Virus record (IMG/VR): IMGVR_UViG_3300025141_000020
Location: 62,001-126,000 of that record
Direction: 5' to 3' (one strand)
Length of the DNA: 64,000 nucleotides
A model generated the notes under the pieces. That model was given only the letters and a program-made list of their open reading frames with translations. It was not told the DNA's origin and ran no database searches. Positions 47,741-55,857 of the stretch are shown here, piece by piece. The translations under genes were made by a program, and so were the position numbers. How positions within the stretch are numbered: the first letter of the stretch is position 1; every line of letters starts with the position of its first letter.

Positions 47741-50700
47741 TTAACAAGAACTGTCACATGCGTTTGGACAACACGATAACCAAGCTGGGTTTGTATCTGG
47801 TGCACCATATTGTGCGAAGTCAGAACATTGGAAATACCCACCAACATTCATTGTACCACATAAGTAACAACAACCATTATAGATTACGTTATCATTTTCT
47901 TGGTAGTTTATGAACGCGCTGTTGTACTCACCTCCTGACCAACCATATGAACTAGTGTTTAGTTGAGCTGGGTTTATCAGGCCGTTTATGTTGTTAGTTG
48001 CACATACATCACAACTACTTAAACAACAACTATAATCTGTACCCCCCCAAATGTTAGAACAGTCTGATGTTGCTATTGGGTTATATCCAAAAGAACTGGC
48101 GTCTGTACATCCTGATATGGATGTAAGTGGTGTGTAGGTACAACAACTATAATTTGTACCACCAATAGTACTAATACAATCGCAAGTCGCTTCATTATTA
48201 TAATTAAGTGCCGTTATATCCGTACATCCAGAAATACATACACCTGCTCCACCATATTCACAACAGTGTGTACTACTTCCACCCCCAACACCCCAACAAT
48301 CACATGTTGCGGCACCATTATAGTTAGATGCTGTTACATCCATACAACCAGGTACACAAGGTGGGTCAAAAATACAACAACTAATATCATAACCACCATT
48401 GTTATAGTTTACACCATTACAATCACAATATGGGTCAATATTAGCGTTACCACCCACACCATAATTAACAGCGGTATAAGCCATACAACCACTAGGACAA
48501 ATGGTGTCACATCCTGGACCCAAATACTCAGTACATAAACAACAATTTTCAAAAGCTGTACCCACTGAAAGTTCATCCCATTCACCAACCCAAGCAAAGT
48601 CACCTGAATTATTCCATGGTAATGTTCCTCCTGGACTATTTGAATAGTATCCCCCACTACTTGACGTCATATTTACAATATTAGTAGACGTTGTTGCGGT
48701 TAACCCCAAATAAGTAAAACACGCCCAACTACCATATAGGTCTGGGTCAGAAATTTTAGTTAGATAAGCCCCACCTAAACTAGTCCCTACTGTTGGTTGT
48801 CCTACTGAGTCCCAGAATAAGTTACTGTTATTAGTGTTACAAGGCTCAAACTCATTGTACCCTGGTAAAGTATCGTCAAGAAATACAATTTCGGTGACAC
48901 CTGAAAATATTTGCTCTAATGTTCCTCCAGAGTTTTGGCCTTCAGTCTCATTCCACTGCACAGAGCTACAGTAACTCCACATATGTAAATAACAGTTTTG
49001 TGGTTCTGGTGGTGGTTCTCCTGTTGGTACTGGTAATTCACAATCTCGACAACCTCCTGGACAATTCTTACATTCCTCACAATCAATTAGCGAATACCTT
49101 TCTTTATTTATTAAAAAATTATGATATACCTCATCAGCTGTTAGAGGTTTAATATAATACATCATTTGTGATATTCCCCCTATAAATGAACCAGCAAAGA
49201 ATTGTGATATTAGGTCGTTATCCTGTAGTACTGGTTTTTTGTTCTCTCTATATCCCCACGCTCCACCACCCCAAGACATATTATACGACACGCCAAATTG
49301 GCTTTCTGGTGTTTGATTTGTATGCCTAGGTATTATTTCTTCGTAGTCATTAACTGTGTGTACAATTCTACCATTTACATAGAATTTAAGTGTACCCATT
49401 CTCAAGTCTTTATCTGTAAACCAATGATATATGGTATTTGCGGAACAATATAGATTAAGTTTTCCTGGAATAAAGGTGTCACATATATTATTAGCGGAAT
49501 AAGGGTAGGTTCCAGTTATTAAGTCGTTAATACCACCCTTATTTAATAAATCACAATCTTCTAAATATATATTTCGGTCAAATACAACATCTACTTGTAT
49601 CCACGTATCAGCACAATTACCACTTAGTTCTGTAATAAAGGGGCAAATTGGTTCGGAATAAGATTCTTCTAACCCCCAACCGCAAGTCCATTGGGAGTTG
49701 GGGTTACATTCCCCACTCGTATCAATACAATCACCAGTATACCTTAGAGTCCTATAACCAATCCTCATATCGTCAGTTATTCTAAACCCTAAAACATTAC
49801 TATAGACATCTGTGGTTTGACCTTCTCTCAATCCTTTAAAAAAGAAAAATCCTGAATTATTTGTTACACCAGTGATTATACTACTTGAGTTCTTCCAGCT
49901 ATAATTCGTTAAGTTGTGAGGCATGGTGTCGCTCATACTATTAGGTGGGGTGTTACTGCATAATGTTGTTGAGCTTATCCCATTATATCCACTAGCGTTA
50001 TAACAGTTCTGTAATTGGTATCCTATGGTATTCAGTTTTAAATAACTGCTAAATGACCATCCTTTATTTGGTCTGGTAGGTAATACCTCATAATCATATC
50101 CGTGTAGTTTATAGAATCCTTGGTAAAACCCTCCTTTTAACTCTTGGTAATATCCTGAACTATCGTAAGCATTCATTATTGACGTGTCGGTAAAATAAGA
50201 GATTCCTGTTAATGGTAGGCCATATCCTTTAACCTGACTCATTTTAAACCTTTTATCAAAATGTAATTTGTTAAATGTGGATGCTATAGGTATTTGTTTG
50301 TAAATCTCTACACAATCAGATGGGGGGAGAAGTTGCACATTGGCTATATTAATATCATTATATAGTCCATTACTTCTAGCTGTCTCTGCTATTATTAAAT
50401 CACATTTTTTATCCACAGTTATACCACTACAATCACATACTGTTTTTGCACTTAACCAGGTAAATTTACTTAATATTGTAAAAGGTTCTGATGTTTGTGG
50501 TGATGCTGAAAGTACTGGATATTGGGTGAAACATGTTGTTATTGGTTGAGATGAACTGTCTGAGTCATTTAAGTCTATTAGTACTGGTAATACTGTAGTA
50601 TCACCTAACCCTATGATGTTGTTTGACCAAACCACTTCTGTATTAAAATCCTTTTCATCGGACACTAAAAAGAAGTCATAGTAGGAGCTATAGTTTAATT

Positions 50701-50749
50701 TAGCGTCAATCCTATTAAAATTATAATTGTTTAAATTTTGTGTTCCCAT
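47741..50749 (-). CDS. Large Cys-rich virion/adhesin-like protein, 1002 aa (LamG-like N-terminal half, Cys repeats, CBM-like end)
   Basis: WIQVDVVF...LKFYVNG...FIGGISQMMYYIKPLTADEV (LamG-like); PPPEP linker; four GCxD..NYN repeats. Confidence 0.6.
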   Translation of the reverse strand: MGTQNLNNYNFNRIDAKLNYSSYYDFFLVSDEKDFNTEVVWSNNIIGLGDTTVLPVLIDLNDSDSSSQPITTCFTQYPVLSASPQTSEPFTILSKFTWLSAKTVCDCSGITVDKKCDLIIAETARSNGLYNDINIANVQLLPPSDCVEIYKQIPIASTFNKLHFDKRFKMSQVKGYGLPLTGISYFTDTSIMNAYDSSGYYQELKGGFYQGFYKLHGYDYEVLPTRPNKGWSFSSYLKLNTIGYQLQNCYNASGYNGISSTTLCSNTPPNSMSDTMPHNLTNYSWKNSSSIITGVTNNSGFFFFKGLREGQTTDVYSNVLGFRITDDMRIGYRTLRYTGDCIDTSGECNPNSQWTCGWGLEESYSEPICPFITELSGNCADTWIQVDVVFDRNIYLEDCDLLNKGGINDLITGTYPYSANNICDTFIPGKLNLYCSANTIYHWFTDKDLRMGTLKFYVNGRIVHTVNDYEEIIPRHTNQTPESQFGVSYNMSWGGGAWGYRENKKPVLQDNDLISQFFAGSFIGGISQMMYYIKPLTADEVYHNFLINKERYSLIDCEECKNCPGGCRDCELPVPTGEPPPEPQNCYLHMWSYCSSVQWNETEGQNSGGTLEQIFSGVTEIVFLDDTLPGYNEFEPCNTNNSNLFWDSVGQPTVGTSLGGAYLTKISDPDLYGSWACFTYLGLTATTSTNIVNMTSSSGGYYSNSPGGTLPWNNSGDFAWVGEWDELSVGTAFENCCLCTEYLGPGCDTICPSGCMAYTAVNYGVGGNANIDPYCDCNGVNYNNGGYDISCCIFDPPCVPGCMDVTASNYNGAATCDCWGVGGGSSTHCCEYGGAGVCISGCTDITALNYNNEATCDCISTIGGTNYSCCTYTPLTSISGCTDASSFGYNPIATSDCSNIWGGTDYSCCLSSCDVCATNNINGLINPAQLNTSSYGWSGGEYNSAFINYQENDNVIYNGCCYLCGTMNVGGYFQCSDFAQYGAPDTNPAWLSCCPNACDSSC
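48013..48493 (-). repeat. Four 39-47-codon Cys-rich protein repeats (xGCxDxxAxNYNxxATCDC...GG...CC)
   Basis: GC codons start near 48490, 48349, 48229 and 48112. Confidence 0.8.
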
Positions 50750-50754
50750 TATTA

Positions 50755-50797
50755 ATAAATATAAATGTAATACTATTTAATTCTTATCGATATTTAT
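50755..50797. promoter_or_regulatory. Divergent pair of TATTTAT elements (50755-50761 minus; 50791-50797 plus)
   Basis: Each is in sense orientation, 5 and 12 nt from its ATG. Confidence 0.55.
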
Positions 50798-50809
50798 AAT
50801 AAAAGTGAA

Positions 50810-51706
50810 ATGAAAAGAATAGACGCTATATCATATGTAATTACTAAATTAAACCTTTTAAAAGAGGATTTAAAAGGGGGTGATTCTATATCACCCACAG
50901 AATTTATGAAATTGTCTGAAGTATTTAAATTTGGTATTATGCCTGTTAAGGATAGGTTTACAGCTACAATACTAGATGAGGCATCTAAAACTACAAGTGA
51001 TGCCGAACATTTAGATATGATAGATAGTATGGTAGGAGGTATAGTTGCTGGGGAAATAGATGAATATAACGAGGAAAATGAGGTTGCTGATGATGCTCCT
51101 GAAGAACAAGAAGGTGAGTTAGATGAATTGGTGGATTATGATGGGTCAATTATGAGTAGTAAAATCCCTATGGGTAGTGAGACAAATCAAACTATTGGTA
51201 CTACTAAGACTACCGACGATATTAGCAGAGCGACATCACAGTATGGTGTTTGGTCTAATGGTGGTAATTTTTTCAAAAGGTATTACGGTGAGTCTGTGGA
51301 AGAAGTTAGTGAAATAGATAAGACTGGTGTTTTAGGTGTTGAAGAAACAGACCAGTTGGATTTTGATGGTGCTGTGGAGTATTATGAGAATGAGTTATCG
51401 ATACCCAAAGATGAGGCTATAGAAAGGGTAGAAAAAGAACGTGGCCCTGAAAAGTTAGAAAAAAATAAATCTGACGGTTCTTTCACTAGACATAGGTTAA
51501 CCGAAAAGGAGCGTTTGACAAAAATTGCTGAGGATAAAGCTAAAGATATGTTAGAAGTGTTATTGTCAGATAAAGATGATTCAAAGGAACTATCTTCTTC
51601 CGATAATTTATTAAAAAGTAAAATTACCTCTTTAATTAAATTGGCTCAAGCTAACAATGTTAGTGTTGAGGACCTAAAGGATATGTTTCCTCATAGTTAT
51701 GAATAG
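50810..51706 (+). CDS. Hypothetical acidic protein, 298 aa
   Basis: First gene of a TATTTAT-led operon. Confidence 0.7.
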   Translation: MKRIDAISYVITKLNLLKEDLKGGDSISPTEFMKLSEVFKFGIMPVKDRFTATILDEASKTTSDAEHLDMIDSMVGGIVAGEIDEYNEENEVADDAPEEQEGELDELVDYDGSIMSSKIPMGSETNQTIGTTKTTDDISRATSQYGVWSNGGNFFKRYYGESVEEVSEIDKTGVLGVEETDQLDFDGAVEYYENELSIPKDEAIERVEKERGPEKLEKNKSDGSFTRHRLTEKERLTKIAEDKAKDMLEVLLSDKDDSKELSSSDNLLKSKITSLIKLAQANNVSVEDLKDMFPHSYE

Positions 51707-52154
51707 TGATTTAAAACATGATAAGTATGTTTTACCTGATGAATTAGTAAGTACCCTTACAACCAATATAGGTAATATGGAGTCTAACGATAAGGGTTAT
51801 GGTAGAATTAAAAACCTATTAGATGATGGGCATTTAAAATATAGTCAAGCTAAGAAGTTTAAGCATGAACTAGAAAATGAATTAGAAGGTAATGACTATG
51901 AAAATGTTTGTGGGGATGATATGTTGTCATTCATAAATGATTGTTTAGATGCTAGGAGAGATGGTGTTAGGTCGGGTAAAAAATCCAGAATGGATGCTGG
52001 TATGGAGAATCAGTTTTTAAAGACACATAAAAAAGATAAAAGTAGTAGTCCTACAAAAGTAAGAAAAATAAAAGTCGCTACAAAAAGTGATGACATAAAC
52101 AAAAACAGAGCTATTTATGAAGAAATAAATAGAATAAAACAACTTTTAAAATAA
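51699..52154 (+). CDS. Hypothetical protein, 151 aa
   Basis: Overlapping start/stop; C-terminal YEEINRIKQLLK. Confidence 0.7.
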   Translation: MNSDLKHDKYVLPDELVSTLTTNIGNMESNDKGYGRIKNLLDDGHLKYSQAKKFKHELENELEGNDYENVCGDDMLSFINDCLDARRDGVRSGKKSRMDAGMENQFLKTHKKDKSSSPTKVRKIKVATKSDDINKNRAIYEEINRIKQLLK

Positions 52155-52160
52155 AAAATT

Positions 52161-52502
52161 ATGGCAGATTTTAATCAAAAACAACCGGGTGAAGCATTAA
52201 CTAATTCTTCTGATAAATTTAGAAAACAAATGATAGTTAAAAATATTTACCCAACCTCCGATACGGAAGGTTACAGTCCTGGTCACCCAAATGCTTTATC
52301 AGATGGGGATGATAAGGGTAAGGGTAATGCTATATACCTTGGGGTATATGGTGAAGATATTGGGACTCGTACGGATATTATGGGTAATGGTGAAGCTAAT
52401 ACTGGTAGAATGAATAACTTAAAAACTAATTTATATGGCAAAGATAACGAGTACGGGTCTGGAAATATAGATTCTGGTGAAGGTTACGCTCCCCAACAAT
52501 AA
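52161..52502 (+). CDS. Hypothetical Gly/Asn/Asp-rich protein, 113 aa
   Basis: Tightly packed ORF. Confidence 0.65.
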   Translation: MADFNQKQPGEALTNSSDKFRKQMIVKNIYPTSDTEGYSPGHPNALSDGDDKGKGNAIYLGVYGEDIGTRTDIMGNGEANTGRMNNLKTNLYGKDNEYGSGNIDSGEGYAPQQ

Positions 52503-52507
52503 ATTAC

Positions 52508-52909
52508 ATGAAATTATTCAAAACCTTAATAACTCTTTTAACTGAGGGTGTTAGTAATAGTGTGATAAAGGACGCTGTAATTAACAAACACACTTGTGAC
52601 TTAAGGTATTTGGATGATGAAAAACTACCTGGAGGTGGGCAACCTCGTATAATAGAACCGGTAGCGTACGGTTATTCGTTAAAAAATAACCCCGTAATAA
52701 GAGCATACCAAACATCAGGTCCTTCACTTAAGGTGAGTAAAGATGGTATTCCTTTACCAGCGTGGCGATTATTTAGGACAGATAGGATAAAAAGTATGAA
52801 ACCAATTAAAGGTGATGATAGTTTATTCTTGACTTTTGGTGAACCGCCGTTATATGATACTACAGGGGATAAATCTATGAATAGAATGATGTATAACTCA
52901 AAATTTTAA
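52508..52909 (+). CDS. Stand-alone WYL-domain protein
   Basis: LRY...PRIIEPVAYG...VIRAYQ...WRLFRTDRIKSM, a WYL SH3-like fold signature. Confidence 0.8.
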   Translation: MKLFKTLITLLTEGVSNSVIKDAVINKHTCDLRYLDDEKLPGGGQPRIIEPVAYGYSLKNNPVIRAYQTSGPSLKVSKDGIPLPAWRLFRTDRIKSMKPIKGDDSLFLTFGEPPLYDTTGDKSMNRMMYNSKF

Positions 52910-52915
52910 AATACT

Positions 52916-53545
52916 ATGGCAGACATTTCAACATTACAACAATCATTAATAAACGCTAAGAAAGTGATGCAGAAGGTAGACGGTGGAAATTTCACTAAAG
53001 GTAGTGGGTCAATGCCCAATGTACCAGCGGACCAATTAATGGAATCTTTACCACCAGTACAAGCACTACCAAATGTGCCTCAAGCAACCGCAGCTGACAG
53101 ACAAGATTTAACACCCAAAAAATATATAACTGAAGAAAGAATTAACAACTCAAAATTACCTGATGTTATTAAGCAAGCGATGATTAAAAGTCCTATACCA
53201 GAAATACCATTTAACGGTGGTGTTGGTTTAACTGAGGACTTTTTAAGTGGTGTTAAAGAACAGATGGTTAAGCAAGATATTCCTGTTTCATCTAGTTCTC
53301 TTGAGTCAACCATACTTAAATCTAGTAAGTCTGTTGGTCGTACCAACAAAAAATCAAATAAATTAACTTCATCTAACCTAAAATCCATTATAAAAGAGAG
53401 TGTTCGGGAATTAATAACTGAAGTTGTTGACGATAGAATAGATGAAGCCATAAACATGAAAACATCTTCTGATGAAAACTTTCAATTTAAGGTTGGTGAC
53501 CGTATTTTTTATGGTAAAATTACATCTAGTAAGTCTGTAAAATAA
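52916..53545 (+). CDS. Hypothetical protein, 209 aa
   Basis: Last gene of the operon. Confidence 0.7.
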   Translation: MADISTLQQSLINAKKVMQKVDGGNFTKGSGSMPNVPADQLMESLPPVQALPNVPQATAADRQDLTPKKYITEERINNSKLPDVIKQAMIKSPIPEIPFNGGVGLTEDFLSGVKEQMVKQDIPVSSSSLESTILKSSKSVGRTNKKSNKLTSSNLKSIIKESVRELITEVVDDRIDEAINMKTSSDENFQFKVGDRIFYGKITSSKSVK

Positions 53546-53558
53546 TCTCCTTACCCCT

Positions 53559-53587
53559 TTGACTATTTAATTATTTCGTGTTATTAT
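53559..53587 (+). promoter_or_regulatory. Host-type promoter TTGACT-N17-TATTAT
   Basis: Ends 6 nt before first glycosyltransferase ATG. Confidence 0.6.
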
Positions 53588-53593
53588 TTTAAC

Positions 53594-54829
53594 ATGACAA
53601 ATAAAAAATATAAAATCTGTGTATTACCTTCGGATAGGACGGGAGTTTCTAAATTTCGTTCGGTAGACCCACACATATACTTACAAAAAATGTACCCAGA
53701 CGAATTCTGGGTGGATATAATATATGACCCACCATATCAAGATGATAGCTTTTGGAAACAGTTTGACTTAGTACATTATCATAGGAGTGTTGGACCTAAT
53801 CACGAATTAGCCAAAATGGTACAAAGAAAATTAACTAAGTGGGGAATTCCGCATATAATGGATTTGGATGATTATTGGTTGCCCACTTCTGACCATCCAG
53901 CTTATATGATGATTAAAGAAAGTAATTTACATAAGCATATAATGGACAACCTTAAGTTAGCTGGTCATGTAACTACCACCACTCCAGATTTTGTTACTGA
54001 GATTAAAAAGTTTAATAATAATGTATCCATATACCCCAATGGTATTGACCACAAAGAAAAGCAGTACGTTCCTAAACCCACTATTTCTGATAAAATTAGA
54101 GTTGGTTGGTTAGGTGGTTCTTCACATATAAGGGATTTGGAAATTTTAAATGGTGTTTTTGGTAGGCTTCATAGTGAACGAGCTGAGTCATTTCAAACAG
54201 TACTATGTGGTTATGATTTACGAGGGACTATGACTGAAATGGATAAAGTTACTGGAAAACAAAAACAAAGACCTATTTTACCAATTGAGTCTGTCTGGTA
54301 TAAATATGAACAGATATTCACCAACAACCACCAAAACCTATCTGAGGATTATAAGAAAGAACTAATGGAATTTAAAAAGAAATCTATAACTGGTGATTTG
54401 GATTCTGTTTATAGGAGGGTTTGGACTAAGCCTATAACGACCTACGCTTCCAACTATAACTACTTTGATGTTAGTTTGGCTCCCTTAAAAGAACATATTT
54501 TTAATAAGGTTAAGTCTCAGTTAAAGGTTATTGAGTCTGGATTTCATAAAAAAGCTTTAATCGCACAAGATTTTGGTCCTTACCAGATAGATTGTGTTAA
54601 CTTATTTGAGCGTGGTGGTAAATTAAACCCAAAAGGTAATTGTTTATTGGTTGATACAAATAAAAATCATAAGTTGTGGTATAAGTACATAAAGTACCTC
54701 ATAGATAATCCTAACGCGGTCACGGACTTAGGTGAAAAATTATACGAAACCGTGTATCCAAAATACTCACTAGAAAAAATTACAGAAACTAGAGCGGAGT
54801 TTTATAGGGAGTTAATAAAAAAATCATAA
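53594..54829 (+). CDS. GT-B fold (GT4-like) glycosyltransferase
   Basis: MDLDDYW, YPNGID, VGWLGGSSH and DVSLAPL...NKVKSQLKVIE motifs. Confidence 0.8.
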   Translation: MTNKKYKICVLPSDRTGVSKFRSVDPHIYLQKMYPDEFWVDIIYDPPYQDDSFWKQFDLVHYHRSVGPNHELAKMVQRKLTKWGIPHIMDLDDYWLPTSDHPAYMMIKESNLHKHIMDNLKLAGHVTTTTPDFVTEIKKFNNNVSIYPNGIDHKEKQYVPKPTISDKIRVGWLGGSSHIRDLEILNGVFGRLHSERAESFQTVLCGYDLRGTMTEMDKVTGKQKQRPILPIESVWYKYEQIFTNNHQNLSEDYKKELMEFKKKSITGDLDSVYRRVWTKPITTYASNYNYFDVSLAPLKEHIFNKVKSQLKVIESGFHKKALIAQDFGPYQIDCVNLFERGGKLNPKGNCLLVDTNKNHKLWYKYIKYLIDNPNAVTDLGEKLYETVYPKYSLEKITETRAEFYRELIKKS

Positions 54830-54843
54830 ATAAAAAAATCATA
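54814..54843 (+). repeat. Perfect 15-bp tandem duplication (AATAAAAAAATCATA)x2
   Basis: Copies at 54814-54828 and 54829-54843, spanning the glycosyltransferase stop. Confidence 0.85.
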
Positions 54844-54854
54844 AATAAAAAAAA

Positions 54855-55034
54855 ATGGCAGTAGAAATTAATATAATAGAGAATGGACCTATATTGGTCA
54901 AAGGAGAAACTACCGTAACAAAAGGTGGTGAAGAAGTAGTAGTTAGTGAAAATTATGCGTTGTGTAGATGTGGTCAATCCAAGAATCAACCAATGTGTGA
55001 TGGAGCACATAAATCATGTAATTTTAAAGGATAA
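54855..55034 (+). CDS. CDGSH iron-sulfur (NEET-type 2Fe-2S) protein, 59 aa (not in ORF track)
   Basis: Manual translation MAVEINIIENGPILVKG...ALCRCGQSKNQPMCDGAHK matches NGP...LCRCGxSxxxPxCDGxH. Confidence 0.88.
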   Translation: MAVEINIIENGPILVKGETTVTKGGEEVVVSENYALCRCGQSKNQPMCDGAHKSCNFKG

Positions 55035-55038
55035 AAAT

Positions 55039-55272
55039 ATGTATTATCAAGCAATCGTTGCATTCGAAACCGGAGTTATGGATAACGAAGGAAATGCTAA
55101 AGTTAAAAAATTTAAATATATTGTAGAAGCAGAATCTCTTTTTGAGGTTAATAAAAGGTTGGCGTCATATCTATCGGAAGATACGAGAGATTCAGAAATT
55201 GTGTCAATTGTTAAAGCTCCTTTTGAGGATTTTTTACATCCTCAATTAACCCCTAAGTATTATAATCTTTAA
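55039..55272 (+). CDS. DUF4494-like protein
   Basis: MYYQAIVAF...GNAKVKKFKYIVEAESLFEVNKRL resembles Bacteroidota DUF4494; true start is ATG 55039 after the CDGSH stop. Confidence 0.55.
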   Translation: MYYQAIVAFETGVMDNEGNAKVKKFKYIVEAESLFEVNKRLASYLSEDTRDSEIVSIVKAPFEDFLHPQLTPKYYNL

Positions 55273-55273
55273 T

Positions 55274-55855
55274 ATGAGTTTAAAAAAAGCGTCAACACCG
55301 TCTAATAAGTTTAATAATGAAGAAGCTATGTTTCGTCAATTAGGGATAGATGACGATATGATTAAAAAACTAGAAGAGGCGAGTTTAGATGCTGCCCGAG
55401 AAAAAGTTAAAATTAGTGTTAGGTATGTAAATACTAGCGATAATAGCGACCTTTCTTACAAGTATATTGATGATAGTGGGATGGACCTCCGAGCTAATTT
55501 AACAAATAGTTTAGTTATTAACCCAGGTGAAAGAATTTTAATTCCGACGGGGATTCATTTTGAACTACCTGAAAGTATGGAAATTCAAGTAAGACCTAGG
55601 TCTGGTTTAGCTATAAAAAATGGTATAACTGTCCTTAACACCCCAGGAACTGTAGATAGGGGTTATAATGGTGAAATTAAAGTTATTTTAATAAATTTAA
55701 GTAACGAAAAATTTACAGTAAATCATGGTGATAGAGTTGCTCAAGCTGTCATTTCTCCAGTCATATCTGGTAGGTGGTCAAAAATAATAAAAGTCGACTC
55801 GTTAAATGACTCTAGTAGAGGTGACGGTGGATTTGGTAGTACTGGAATAAATTAA
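55274..55855 (+). CDS. dut: Trimeric dUTPase with N-terminal extension
   Basis: SGMDL, RPRSGLA, GTVDRGYNGEI, GDRVAQ and RGDGGFGSTG motifs. Confidence 0.93.
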   Translation: MSLKKASTPSNKFNNEEAMFRQLGIDDDMIKKLEEASLDAAREKVKISVRYVNTSDNSDLSYKYIDDSGMDLRANLTNSLVINPGERILIPTGIHFELPESMEIQVRPRSGLAIKNGITVLNTPGTVDRGYNGEIKVILINLSNEKFTVNHGDRVAQAVISPVISGRWSKIIKVDSLNDSSRGDGGFGSTGIN

Positions 55856-55857
55856 TT

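Noticed and set aside
47741-48493. Diversity-generating retroelement acting on the repeat-bearing protein
   Set aside because: Repeats are divergent at many positions rather than adenine-specific, and no reverse transcriptase is in the window
7285-50797. Reading ATAAATA sites as ordinary T4 late promoters
   Set aside because: At co-directional junctions that orientation would fire antisense into the upstream gene; only the TATTTAT orientation fits consistently
54946-55038. Track start of the 108-aa ORF
   Set aside because: This stretch is the CDGSH gene in another frame; the downstream gene starts at ATG 55039
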